DNA of 63,992 nucleotides from Paraglomus brasilianum (Eukaryota), in NCBI GenBank assembly GCA_910592345.1, contig CAJVPI010000057.1:1-63992 (forward strand). The letters are read 5' to 3'. The notes under the pieces are model-generated. The model did not search any database and had not been told where the DNA came from. It was given only the letters and a program-made list of their open reading frames with translations. This document shows, piece after piece, positions 38,001-51,123 of this stretch. The position numbers and the translations under genes are program-made. Each line of letters begins with the position of its first letter. Positions within the stretch are counted from its first letter, which is position 1.

Positions 38001-40486
38001 ATGTCTTTATCTAGGCTTGCATCAAACGTTGGCCTATTACTTCACTGCATCCATTTGGTACTTTAGTTAATCAACTTGGAGATATCGGCGATATCAATGT
38101 GGAAACCGATGCATTACTTAAAGACAACAATGTGATATCTGAAGACTTCAATGAGAACGTCCTCAAGTGTCTACCAACGACGCCTTGGCAAATTTCCGAG
38201 AAGGAAATAGAAACTCGTCGCGATTTACGTGACAGAAGAATATTTACTATTGATCCACCAACTTCTAAAGATCTAGACGATGCTGTTTCATGTACTCGAC
38301 TACCCGATGGTAATTATGAGATAGGGGTACATGTTGCTGATGTTAGCTATTTTGTGAAACCAAATACTGCTCTTGATCGTGATGCTCGTAAGAGAGCTAC
38401 TACAGTATATCTCGTGCAGAAGTCTGTACCCATGTTACCATTACTACTTTCAGAAGAAACATGCAGTTTGAATCCAGGTGAAAACAGGTAAAGCATCATC
38501 GGTTTGCGACGCTTCCAAATGGAATTAGCGTTAATAATATCGAATTATTTGCAGGCTCACTTTTTCAGTTATTTGGAAGATGAATCCCGAAGGGAAAGCA
38601 ATGGACACTTGGTTTGGGAGAACTATAATCCGTTCTTGCGCCAGGTTGTCTTACGATGATGCTCAAGACGTTATTGAAGGAAAGCCCCTAAATCCTGCAG
38701 TCAAATTGTATAATGATTATGTTACCAACGAAATTGAAGCTGATATTAAGATTTTTAATGTAAGATATCTCCTAATAGTAATTTATAATCTCAATTGACA
38801 AACGCGGTCTAATATGCTTCTATATCCGGTTTGAACAGGAGCTATCTCAACGTCTTCGTGAGAATCGTCTTAAGAGGGGATCGTTAACCTTAGACTCTAT
38901 AGAACTTACCTTTGATGTAGATGAACAAAACTATCCAATTGGATGTCATGTAAAAGAGAGAAAAGATGCCAACCGTCTGATCGAAGAGTTTATGTTACAT
39001 GCAAATATGAGTGTTGCCCAAAAGATCTCAAGCACTTTCCCTGAACAAGCATTACTAAGACGTCACGCCGCACCTATTGACCGCAAACTCGTAAGTAGGA
39101 ATTAACAGCATCAGCATTTTACTTATAATAATATGTCTAAATTTCTTACTCGGATAGGACGAATTTGCTGCACATGCTTTTGAGTTGGGCCATGAGTTTG
39201 ATTGTCGTTCTGCTGGAGCTATACAACGATCTTTTGATGATATCGAGGACGGTGATGTGAAACAGGTACGACGCATATATTATAAATATATATTTTGCTA
39301 CTGTCTTGATGACCTTATAAAGACAAGGTTCTGCATTTCATATAGCTCAATTAGTCTTTTTACAATTATATTTATGTTTTGATAGGTTTTAAAACTTTTA
39401 GCCATTAAACCCATGCAAAAAGCCAAGTATTTTTGCACTGGCACTTTGGATATCGCCAAGTATCACCATTACGCTCTCAATGTTCCTCTTTATACTCATT
39501 TTACATCGCCCATTCGACGATATGCTGATATCATTGTTCACCGGATGTTGGAAGCTGCTCTAGCTGGCGGTAAGTTGTCAATTGGCTTTTTTTTTTTGTA
39601 GAGTAAAAAAGTTTTAGGATAAATTTTGAGAGACATCGTATTCCTTGGTTGTTTTATAGAAAAGCGCTTTTACCTCGATAAAGATACCGTTCAAAAAACG
39701 GCAAATCACTGTAATGTAAAGAAGGCGGCAGCAAGGAATGCAACGGAGCAAAGCAATCATTTGTTCCTCTGTGTTCTTTTCCAAAATATGACTGAACGGA
39801 ATGGCCCAGTTATTCGCGAAGCAATTGTAATTGGAGTTAAAGACCATGCCTTCGATGTCTTCATCCCGGCTTTTGGCATTGAAAAACGTGTCCATTTGGA
39901 CCAATTGCCGTTGGAGAAATTTGTTTATAAAGAAGAGACAGGCGAATTGATCTTGCAATGGAAACCTGGTGCAAATTCACTTGAACCGATACCAGACGAT
40001 GGCTTGCATGAAGAAGAGGAGGTTCTAGATGTTGACGAGGAAGCTTTGCTGGATAACGACGATTACCATTATGAATTAATGGATGTTACTAGTCTTCCTA
40101 TTGAAGATGAGCATAGATTATTTGACAATGCTTCAGACGTTGGCGAAGACGAGACCGAGGACGAAGGAGTTCCTGCTGAAGATAACCCAACGCATTCTAC
40201 CGATGAGGGGGCGGTTGTTCCTGAATCATCAACACCACCCCTCACCGAAATACCAAGTATAGAGACCATTTCCCCGGTTGCAGTGACTAATGAATTACCA
40301 CCGAATAGAAATGTTACATCCATTCCTAAAGTTCCTCAGCCGCCTAAGATAACACATATAGCAGATCCCGCTGTTCCCAATTCTCAAGTGATTAGGGAGC
40401 TGTACTATGTGCAAGTTGTGATGATGACAGACCGCAAGAAGAGTCCACCTGTCATTAAAATTCTAGCCGTTAACCCTTACTTTTGA
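35041..40486 (+). CDS. DIS3L2: Dis3L2/Ssd1-family RNB protein (multi-exon; first intron 35939-36005)
   Basis: CSD1 [54 protein letters not shown] motif [34 protein letters not shown], and an S1 domain. Confidence 0.93.
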
Positions 40487-41149
40487 GGTGATGGCTTAAG
40501 AAACGTGGACGAATTTTATTGTTCGAAATAAGAATGATCTATTCATTATATTATTATTGACTATCTAATACATGCTTATCAGACATAGAGTGTTAAATAT
40601 CATTCGTAATCGTGATAGGATTAGATTTTTTGGTATTCCCAATCTTGTATTAGTTTTTGTAATTGAGTTTTGATTTTATTATGGAATAGGACCTAGTCTT
40701 GGATGTATTGGGAGCATTTCGTAATCTAAATACATTAAATTATATTGAGACCCGATCCATGCTTGTTTAATTGTAACCCAGCGTACACACGGTCAATCGA
40801 CATGTTATAATTGCCAAACCTCAATGTCTTTTCACGGCGATGCCAATAAGCAATAGTAATTCCGAAATCCAATTACGCGAACTACCTACCGTAGTAGTAG
40901 GACTCTCGATCGGGCGGAGATTTTGTCCGACTTGTCGAATTTCATAAATTTTAAATAGAAAAAGGTACATGTAAACGACAAGCCAACGGTTAGCTGCGAC
41001 GCACTTGGATCTTGTATCCACTACTTCTATTTATTCCTGACGCCCAAACGTTAATGTAATCGTGAATGGATTGCACATTTCAATTACCACGTATTTCAAA
41101 ATATTTGTGCTACTCTATTTTCATAGCCTGAATATTTATCGCGTTTGAT

Positions 41150-41232
41150 AGTCAATTATATCTCCCCCCATTTGTATCCCATATAAATCTACCTCATTAT
41201 ATCCCACTCAGGGTATATCCCCAATTTTCCAA
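41150..41232 (+). repeat. Dispersed repeat fragment (TATATCCC-rich)
   Basis: Reverse-complement similarity to ~61590-61700 (TGGAAAATTGGGGATA...GTGGGAGATATAACTGA). A related piece lies at ~41498-41527. Confidence 0.45.
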
Positions 41233-43478
41233 CGTAACCTCCCTAATTATATTAAGTAAGTTTGTTTAACTATATTAATATATATGAATATTGTGCTAGA
41301 ATATTTGATCACTTGCTTCATTTGGTTACGCCAGGACGAGTCATAATAATAATGCCCGTATAATAATAATAAAATCGGATCACAAATCAAGTCACAAATT
41401 CACCACATCGGGACATAAATCAGGCCATGTAATAAAACCAGGCCGTCACAAAATCAACATCAAACGTCACTGATAGAATTTTGAAACACTATGCCTTAGT
41501 TATATCCCATCTCAGATATATCCCCAAAAAGCTTGAAATAAATGAAAGTACAGTACTTGAATGAAATAAATTATAGTCAACCCTCTCCTGATGTTACACA
41601 TAATGACGTTGTAAATGTACACACATGTCCCGATCTGTTAGCTACAAACGTACAGTATCTCCATTTCTCTACGGTGATTAGATTACATTTCAAGTAAACA
41701 AAGTACCCAAGTGTTTGTTGCATTTACGGGTTTTTGCATTTCCTTAATAGGAAAGCGATTTTAACAATTTACGTCGATTAAACAAATTTTCCTTTCTTAT
41801 AATTTCCAGCTAACTTACATAAAAGGATTGACTATAATATCTCTAATTGTTAACTAAGATTGTGTTATACCATTTTTCGCAAATAAACTATTGGTGGCTT
41901 TTAAATAGCTGCCACCCTCTTGTTGAATTAAACTTTTTAGTGCTTCATTAGCACTCACTATTGGAGTTTCATTACTAGCAAAGAATCCTTCCTTTGCACA
42001 ACTTGATCAGTTGAAATCCTTCTGCTGTTTCAAAGCTATTGTAAACAGGATCAAACTCAAACACTGAAAAAAGAACACGTAAAACTGTATCTATAACAAA
42101 TAATGTTGCGCGCGCGAATTGTGATGTTTGAAATTTGAAGTATTGAAACAGATTTGTCATTTTTCCGCAACAAATAACATTTATTCCGAGAAAAGTGTTG
42201 CATTTGGGGGAGAATTGCACTTATGGAGGTTGCATTTATGGAGGTGTCGCTGTATTTGGTTATGACCCATTCTAGGATTTGACCCATTTCGATTTTGCAA
42301 ATATGAGACACAGACGATAATTTTAGAGAGATATATACAGCAAGCATTTCTTCAAACTTCTGACCAAAGTATTGTTATAGAAGTGGAAGTTATGTTTGAT
42401 AAATTCCATGAGTTTCGGACACTTAGAGTCATATGTAAAATACATTGTTATATAACTAATGCTTTTAATTAACGAAGACTATTTGTCAGTGGTACATTGT
42501 TATGATTGAAGATTGAATATCGTATGGTGGGTACACTGTTGTGATTGTAAAATGACTGATTGCATTAAGCGTTATGACTATACGTTGATCCATATCATGC
42601 AGTTTGATGTATTTAGGGTTAGTGATCGGCAGGCGATCTGCAGACAAACCAAAAAATTTATGAGAAGGGCCAGAAACCTGGGAAACATATCTTGATAGCC
42701 TGTTTTTACCTTCCCAAGTAAAAGCCTTTGAGCGATTAGCAACACCATTCTTCACCGGTGTGCACCAACACACCTCGAGGGAGAACAAACCGCATCTGTA
42801 TTTAGCTCAGAAAGAATTCTTTTAAAACTTGCCAATAAGACAAAGGGTTTCACTAAAATCACTCTAAATCTATCTTCAGCAAAAAATCAGGCAAATCTTC
42901 CGGATAATTTCCCAATAAAAAAAAAGATTATCACACGTGCTGAGTGCGCATTTTGGTCTTCTGCGTAACGTTCGGTTATTGAGCTTTTACACCAGCATAA
43001 CAGAATTACAACTTATCAAAACTTTTAGAGAGTTTATTCTGTGCAGTTAACATCAAACCCTAATTATCACCCCACTCCCTCTCACAAATATTAAATCCAA
43101 TGGCTGATACCAAGCTGACACTTTCTCAATCAACCGACAATATTGTGCATTGGTATTAAAACTCTACTTCTAATCAAATCAATATCGACTATCACGCAGA
43201 CAGCAAGTATCACTGTATATTGTAAAGCATATAAGCTAGTAACTACTTGATTACTTATAATTGTATATACATGTACATATACTCGATCAAGCCAAGTTGG
43301 ATCAATTCCAGGAGAAGCGATACTAATCGCGGCCGTGAGAATTGTCCAGACAATATGACTTTTTAACAGACTACTCATATACTACGTCTCTAATATAATG
43401 CTAATGTAGTATGATTATATACTACAAGATAATAGTTAGAAGGAAAGTACAAGAATCACATTAATAGTTAAAATGCAG

Positions 43479-44447
43479 CTACGGCTTTGATTCTGTCGAT
43501 TCTTTTGACCCTTCAGTATTGATATCTCTCTTAGCTTCTTGCTGTATAGCAGCAGTCATTGCAAGTTTTGTATTGAGCTCTTCAACTTCTTTGATTAGTC
43601 GAACATTGTCATCAATACGCATGGCACTTAATGTTATTTTCGCATTCAGCTCTTCAACCAGTTTCTGAAGTCGAGAATTTTCAGTTTCAAGACGCGCAAC
43701 TTTCTCTTCTAGCTCGGCCACATAAGCCTTCTTCTTGCGACGACATTCTTTCGCGGCAACACGGTTGCGCAATAGACGTCGTTGACGACGCTCATCATTG
43801 GTTAGATTGCGTAAACTGGTATTACGTTTACTGCCTGGGCTTGCCTCCGGTTGGACTTGCTGAGCCTGTGCAGCCTGTACAACGGCAGCAGCATTTTGTA
43901 AAAACTCATCCATATTTGCAGGTATTCCTTGGGATTGACTAGAAATGACATTATTTGTCAATGCGTTCATGTTTGGCATGGGAGCAACAGCGATAGGAGC
44001 ATTTAGTTGGTTAGCTAAACTTGTTGCGGCAGATATAACTTCGGCAAACTGTTGATGATTGGGCATGACTTGTGTAGGGTCAGGGACTGTCTGGGAAGTA
44101 GAGGTTGGTTGTGTCGTTGACGAATTATTGACGTTTGTGAGTATTGCTGCTGCTGCGTTATCAGCAAGAGTAGCCGAATCACTGATTGCTTCGCGAATAT
44201 TCCTTGGACTTACTTTCCGCTTATTGTCTCCTCTTTCCACACCGTCAGTAGGGACTCTTTTCAAAGAATTTGATGTCTTTTCTGGTTGCGTCGGACTTTG
44301 TTGTTGAGAATGCTGTTCAATGATAGTAGTAGTAGCGTTGATACTTGTGACATTCGCATTGGATACATTTTTGGCAGGCATGCTTGAAGTGCTGTCGTCA
44401 GCAACCGCAGTCTGTGTCTGTACTTGGGTAGCGTCTTGTTGCGACAT
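43479..44447 (-). CDS. bZIP transcription factor, CREB/ATF1-like
   Basis: Basic region RRLLRNRVAAKECRRKKKAYV followed by leucine heptads (LEEKVARLETENSRLQKLVEEL). Q/T-rich N-terminus. Single exon. Confidence 0.92.
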   Translation of the reverse strand: MSQQDATQVQTQTAVADDSTSSMPAKNVSNANVTSINATTTIIEQHSQQQSPTQPEKTSNSLKRVPTDGVERGDNKRKVSPRNIREAISDSATLADNAAAAILTNVNNSSTTQPTSTSQTVPDPTQVMPNHQQFAEVISAATSLANQLNAPIAVAPMPNMNALTNNVISSQSQGIPANMDEFLQNAAAVVQAAQAQQVQPEASPGSKRNTSLRNLTNDERRQRRLLRNRVAAKECRRKKKAYVAELEEKVARLETENSRLQKLVEELNAKITLSAMRIDDNVRLIKEVEELNTKLAMTAAIQQEAKRDINTEGSKESTESKP

Positions 44448-44599
44448 TATCTACTTACGTTACTCTAAAGAGTATCTATAATATATTAAATAGATACTAT
44501 TAAGTCAGCTGAATAATATTAATATTTTAGAGTAAAGTATGAACAAATAATCAAGTTGACCCAATTAAAGATAAGAGTAGTAATTATTCCAAAAGTCGC

Positions 44600-44850
44600 G
44601 TTTCGTCAAGCAATTTTTGACGACGTCGTCGTTTTTTGTGTGAGTGACGGCAGCAAAGGGAAGAGTTGTGGGTGACGTTCAAAGTTGGCGTGGGGGAGGG
44701 GATGGGAGTCGGGATGAGGCTATTTGTGGGAACAGAGTGGGAAAGTAGCAAATACCCCCTTTTTTCGATTACACCAATCAGAACTTCAACTGCACGCTAG
44801 TTTTTGCATCATTTGTTGCAAGAATAGATGATGTAATCAGTATGACATCG
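44600..44850. promoter_or_regulatory. Cluster of CRE half-sites upstream of the bZIP gene
   Basis: CGTCA (~44604), TGACG (~44618, ~44645), TGACGT (~44673), TGATGTAAT (~44829) and CCAAT (~44773). Confidence 0.35.
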
Positions 44851-46268
44851 CCATCACCATATATGGCTGAGCGGCGAAAAACTAGATCACATGATATTAA
44901 TATTATTCAACGGGTCTCCCCGCATAGAGCAAAACGTGATTGGTTGGACATAAAAAGTAAAAAGTAGGGGCGAGACCATAAAATAATTTGTTTGAGAATT
45001 CAAGGCGATGGTACAAATAGAAGTATATTTTACGCTATTTGATGTAGCTTTTCAAGAATAAAATTATTGGAGGACAGACTGCAACAAAAAACAGACAAAG
45101 TGAACATAATACCACAGAAAGATAATTAACTCTTCATCTCGTAGAAGCGTTAAAATAATTTTTGATCGTCGACCAGTTTATTAAGTATGTTTGATTTGAA
45201 ATTTGGTAACACTTATAACAACTCTTGTTGTATTGTATTAAAGAAAGTATTAAAGGTTGTCAGACCCAAAGTGTGAAGGTGATAATACTGTACATTTCGT
45301 TTTTCATTTGCATCTGTTTGATAGACAAATTAATTGTTCAAAATCCGCAACCGTAATGTACAGTATTACACGCAATGACACCTGATGAACTTATCGTTAA
45401 TATAAATATAACACGACCCGTACTCATTTGTCTTGAAAATCAAATTACAACATCAATATTGAAACAAACTATCCTATAACAAAGCAAACAACAAACCATT
45501 TAAAATGCTCACTTTTACTATTGAATTCTTTTGTGGACTGTTGATCGGACTCTTTGCTCTACTATAAAAACGTACATTCAACTCTGCAATATAGATCGAA
45601 AGCTTGAAATGATGGTTCAAGCAGTCGAATCAAACAAAAGCAAAATCAAATCTAAATCCAGTAAACTGCTCAACGAGCGAAAATACTCAGAGGGCGTTGA
45701 AATCTGGAAAGATTTAAAAACCATTCGATAAAAATTTTGAGCTGATTTCTCGTTTAACAAAACGGCAACAACCCGCTACGTGAAGGAGAATGTATTGTTG
45801 CCTCAACCCTAAAAAACTTTTAAGACCGATACACGGAAAATGACTGCCGAAGCAGTACAGTAGCTGATTAAGAAAAGGAGAGGGGAGAAGAAGGCGTTGA
45901 TAGCATCAATAATAATGTGTAGCATAGATAGCGCGGCCAAAGTATAGAGATACTCATCAATGGCTTTGGGTCCGAGTATTTCCTCCTATGCAATTGCTTT
46001 AGTGAATCTTCAACCGTTTTTGAAAAATAAAAGTCAATATTGATAAAATGTATGTAAACATGCCTGATTTGTGTTATTTCATTTTTTGCAACTCATATTC
46101 GAACTTTTTAAAAAAAACTCACAATTGCCCCAAATTGATGACAATGTCAGACATTATCTCTTGAGTTATTGCGATTGGTCAGAATATCAACATTTGTACT
46201 TTTTGTCAGTGCTACTATAATAAGGTGTAAATTACCCAACTTTGTTTCTAAAAATTACTTATTATTAT

Positions 46269-46847
46269 ATGAAAACTAATTTACATTAAATCCACTAACG
46301 GAGCCAAAAAGTTATAACACTATTAGAAGCATTAAAGCTCAAGGAGAAAAAATTGGTCCATACGTTTTAAATCAATATTACCCAAACTCCCAGGAATATC
46401 TAGACGAAGAAAAATCACTTATGAAATTTGTCAAGAAGAACGAAGAATAAAACCAATAAACGAACACTTATGATGAACTAAGAAAAAAACGAAAACTAGA
46501 AACATAAAGCAAATAGCTGCTTTCTTTATCATCATTGGATTATCATCAATAAGATAGTGAAGACTGTGATCTTTATAAAAAAAACTTTGACAGCTAGAAT
46601 AAATTTCATAAATTTCATTTTTACTTTAATCAAGATATTTCTTAGTCAATTTGAGCAACTTGTTGAGAAGTTAATTGTTCCAACTGAGGTTTTAACCATT
46701 TAATTTCTTTTGTGTCATTACCATTCTCTTCTTCTAATTGCTTAAGTTATCCTTGAAACTTAGCTTCTCTTTCGATTTCAGTGTCTCCTCAGCCATTGCT
46801 AACTCTTCTCGCAATCCACTTGTTTGTTTTTTATAAAAAGCATTCAT
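46269..46847. pseudogene. Two convergent, intronless, very AT-rich coding-like fragments
   Basis: Plus strand: IRSIKAQGEKIGPYVLNQYYPNSQEYLDEEK. Minus strand, with one frameshift: MNAFYKKQTSGLREELAMAEETLKSKEK / LKQLEEEN..LEQLTSQQVAQID*. Confidence 0.4.
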
Positions 46848-47009
46848 TTTCCGTTCGTGAGGTAAAATGGGGAGTTCAGAATTTCATATTGATAATACAA
46901 CGACAAACAGAAACGAAAATAATTGCCTTCAGAAAAATAGCATAACGCAACAACTACGTAAAATAATTAATAAAAATTTCAGTATGAAAATTCTTGTCGA
47001 GGCAATAGG

Positions 47010-47223
47010 GCCCTGTAGTATCGATTAGTGATGAGGCCACCGACTTTATAAGTATATTTTCATAATTATATCTCTAAGAACGGACATTATTACGAATTAT
47101 TTTTTTAGAGAATGATTCTCCCTTTGCTAGACGAATGACTTTACATTGACTTTTATCTTTCATTATTCGCAGACTTACATTGGAATTGTGTCTCGAATAT
47201 ATCTTAGGCAATAGATATATTCT
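47010..47223 (-). repeat. Fragment of LTR-like family C
   Basis: Same-strand homology to 62626-62882 (GAGGCCACCGACTT, TCTCTAAGA.CGGACATTAT, TCGCAGACTTACATTGG, GTGTCTCGAATATATCTTAGGCAA). Confidence 0.75.
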
Positions 47224-47422
47224 CCATCGGCATTTAAGACACAGTCCCCCAAGTTCCTATATAACAGAATCCATATGGCTCATTTTAGGTATTAGTATCT
47301 GCAACATGTAATATCAAGATGTTAATATATGTACTGTATATAAATTTATAAGCCCTGAATAAAGTTAGAACCACATACCATTTGAGTATATATAAAATCT
47401 TCAATCATTGAGAAACACAAAT

Positions 47423-48242
47423 TGTTCGGGTACATAGCCATTCCCGATTTTTGCAACAATGCGCTACGTAGCAACCCGTTTCTCTCTGCTGCCATTGTAC
47501 GTAACTGGATAATATTAGACGTTAATTACAGTCAAAACTACTTGACAATGCAGTCTTATTCCATACAATAAACCTTCTTTCCGTGTAATTTGTCAAGCAT
47601 GGTGACGTGATTTCCGCCTTGTAGTACAAACATCTCCGGTCGGAATTACACAAGCGACACCAGCATTTATATTTTTTGACGCAGTTAATATTTCGAAATT
47701 TAATACAGTTTTAGTGAAACGGTAGAAGATATATAAGCAGTCGTAGTTTTTCGCGGTAAACATTATCTCAGCTTTATTTCGATCAATTGTCCTTTTGGAA
47801 TAGTCCTTTATATCCTAATAAACAAGTGTTATAAATATTACATCTATTCGTTATTTTCCTGGTGAGTTCTTTTTATTCGACTGTTGGTTAAGTGTAAAAC
47901 GCTTTCTCGATCAGGGTTAACAAATTCGGTAGGACTTATTGTTATACAATTAGTATAAATGCGTTTACTATTGAAAACTTTCCCAACCGATAGACTTTCG
48001 AGATTAACCCCATCGGAAGTTAATCGACGTAGAACTTGAGATTGGATAATAATCCAGAGCAAGCGTATACAAGACCGAATCTTGGAATTAGTGAATATTT
48101 AAACCCAAATAAAGCCACTAATTGTCGTTTAAAGGTTTAGTGCTAGGAAGAATAGCTTAAGGTTCCTCCGGAAGACGATAAATCTAAGGTCGTTAACGCG
48201 AACGCTCTCCCGTGTATCTTTTCTGGCCCAAATTCCAGAACA
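47423..48242 (+). mobile_element. Solo-LTR-like element, family B
   Basis: TGTTCGGG...CCAGAACA inverted termini. AGATATATAAGCAGT TATA block as in family A, AATAAAC at ~47817 and subterminal CTCTCCCG. Length 820 bp, similar to family A. No TSD. Confidence 0.65.
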
Positions 48243-48946
48243 TATATAATTTACGTCACCATATAAATTCCGAATTTATATATATTAATATAATTTGTGG
48301 TACGCAATTTTTATATATAAATCATGATGTTTTGAGATAAGGTAAATGAATATTTGATAAGCAACCAATTAAATATAATCGTTTACGAATTCTGACTTAC
48401 ATTTCTGTTGACAGTGGCATCTTTACACGTATACCTGGTCTGTCTACCGGACAGTATATCAACGACGCTTTTAAAATAACATATTATATGTACAATGTAT
48501 ATCATCATAGGATTTGTTTCAAGAATAGTCTTGATTAAAACATCAAACAGTTGAATTACTATGTACAGCTATCACACAATGTATCTTCATTTATTTATTT
48601 TTCACTCGAAGCAATATATCATCATGCGATCAGCTCTTCAATAATGTCGACGAATAGTCTTGATTAAAGCCAACAGATTTCACACAATGTATCGTCATCG
48701 TATGATACATTCTTCAATTATTTGATAGAGACAGTTCTATCAAATAATTAATTGTTATATTCTGGCAACACGAAAGGTACAAGAGCGGCGTAGAAAAGAA
48801 GAATAAAGAATAAAAGTGTAATCAATACGAATAAAGGAAGCTCTGACTTGATATAACAATGGATATTAATCTCAGATAATCGAATTGTAGTCTGCCACAA
48901 ATTATATGTACAAATTGTGTTATGGGGTAATTTGCCACAAATTATA

Positions 48947-49128
48947 CAGTCAACTCTGTCTATACCGGCTTTTTTTATACCAGTTTCGCCTTATACCGGT
49001 CCAATTTCGCTGCACCAAAAGATTATATATTAAACTCACCCCTTATAACGGCTGAATTATATACCGGTCTTTTGTTATAGCGGCCAAAAACCGCCAAACC
49101 ACACGCGCCGGTATAGACAGAGTTGACT
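48947..49128. mobile_element. MITE, pogo/Tigger-like
   Basis: TA|CAGTCAACTCTGTCTATACCGGC ... GCCGGTATAGACAGAGTTGACT: 22 bp perfect inverted termini. Internal TATACCGG repeats. Confidence 0.88.
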
Positions 49129-49172
49129 AGACATAAAGAGTGGGCAGATCATCGAAAAAATTAATGATTCTC

Positions 49173-49358
49173 ATCGCATGCTAAACTTTTATTTTTGCTA
49201 AGTAAATTACAAACGATGCTCTAAGTAAAGTTGTTGACAATATTAACGCGCATGTATCATACACATTTAATGAAGGAAGGTTCAATATTAAGCAAAATAT
49301 GATTACGTAAATTGTAATAACAATTTTCGAACTTTGGTTGTTGAAACTTCGATTATAA
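49173..49358 (+). repeat. Left arm of a ~185 bp inverted repeat
   Basis: Reverse complement of 51124-51309 with scattered mismatches. Confidence 0.88.
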
Positions 49359-49686
49359 AACAGCTTTAAACCGTTTTGTTTTAACGTTTTAGCATACGTA
49401 AATATAAATTTTTATAGCGTAAGATATAATGATCCAAAACGTAAAAATAGTATTATATAATTAGATACGTCTTCCAAAACGTCAATATTTTATCCCATAG
49501 TTAACGTAAAAACCGTACCTGAATGAGTACATACGGTTCCTGAACTGCCCCACTTTTTAGGGCCAAGCATTATTTCAATAAATAGCGATGTCTTATCAGG
49601 TGTCCTATTACGGTAGCGTGTGAAGTAAGAATGGTTTTGGTTTGGTTTTTTTTTTTAGTAACAAGTAAATAATAAATGTGGGTGCG

Positions 49687-49767
49687 GAAACCATGATCTT
49701 TCATTGGTTGATCAGATTATATTCTCTAATCCCATTGGTTAGTTTCAGCTTCAGCCATCAGCCGCGA
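49687..49767 (+). promoter_or_regulatory. Palindromic double-CCAAT module, copy 3
   Basis: GAAACCATGATCTTTCATTGGTTGATCAGATT is identical to copy 2. ATTGG at 49703 and 49734. Confidence 0.6.
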
Positions 49768-51123
49768 CAAATCAATTTATTTGACCATTTGCGCCTGAAT
49801 ATTAATATTTATTTATAATTTTTTCTAACTACCGCAGTGATTAAAATTTTCGGACTTAGATTTCGGTAGAGCTGCGAAATGACCATCATCCTGAACTACT
49901 CTATCTCAGTACTGCAGAAATCGCTTGGTCAAATCGCTGTCCCTCCCCTCTTTAAAGCGTTGAGCCGTTCTTGAAAGATTTCAAACTGTGCCAGCAGTTT
50001 GCTCTTCGGCTCTTCGCACCAGCTCTAGACTACACTCTAAGTCCTATTTAAGTAATGTAAGTTCCGCTAGTTATAAGATAAGTTAATTTAATAGAATGGC
50101 TAACAAATATTAAAAACTATGTACTTTCACCACCCTTAAAATATCGTCGCAACTGCTTCTCTTTCTTTACGGTTTTGCCGCTTTATTCTACTACCGCACT
50201 TTTTTCAGTTTTATGATTTGGGGGTTTCTGGTATCAGGTCTCTGAAGGTTAGGTTCGGTCGGTCTGGATTGTTGCCGCCTCTTTTCAGTAAGAAAGGTTG
50301 TGGTAACAGGTTACATAGTAGATCGCTTAGTTGGCGTTGGCGAATACGTTGAGTAGACTTAGCGCGACGATTAGAATGTTGACGAAGTAACTATTGCTAT
50401 ACAGTCAAAAGCGATCCGAGTATAGAGCGGGATCATGTGTCGGAAACTTGATGACTCGTATGTAACTTCTAAGTATATAATAGATACTATATCAGTTTGT
50501 TTGGCTATTCATAATGTCGAAAAGATACCCTTTGTTGAAAAGACGTTGATATACGAATAAATTAATAAACATACAATAACAACTTTTGTATCACTATTCA
50601 GTACGATATACGTTAATAATGGAGAAGTAGACTTGTGTACGTTGTGTAGTCGTGTACCGCGGAAGGCTGGAATTTTCGCTCTTGTGAGGGTCAGGGTATA
50701 TATACATGTATGAGTTCGTGTTAAATGACGGAACTGTTAACCGATAGAGTGTAACACATTATTACATCATATCGCGTGTATTACACTGATACTATTGTTC
50801 TTATTTACGGAAACGATCGTGACGGTCGCAGTAAAATTTTTTCACCGGTTAACAAGTCCGACAAGTCACGCGTATAAATTTAATTAAACTGATTCCTATA
50901 ATAGTGATAATATCAATAACAAAAGCTGTCGTACCGTCCTTATAAGTATAAATACTGTTACCTATGCAGTAAGGAGTGCGACTGTCAACCAATAGTGAAT
51001 ATCGATATATTGCCTAGTGTAACACATATCGCGACTGTCACCATAAGTAAGAACAATAATATCAGTGTCGCTGTAAAAATTTATATTTACGTATTCAAAT
51101 GTTTTTACTTAATCACATAAGTC

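Noticed and set aside
41975..42830. Short ORFs as a gene or transposase relic
   Set aside because: No recognisable motif or consistent splice pattern.
46640..46850. UGA=Trp (code 4) usage as evidence of Mollicute origin
   Set aside because: The TGA is not in the frame that carries the coding-like N-terminal part.
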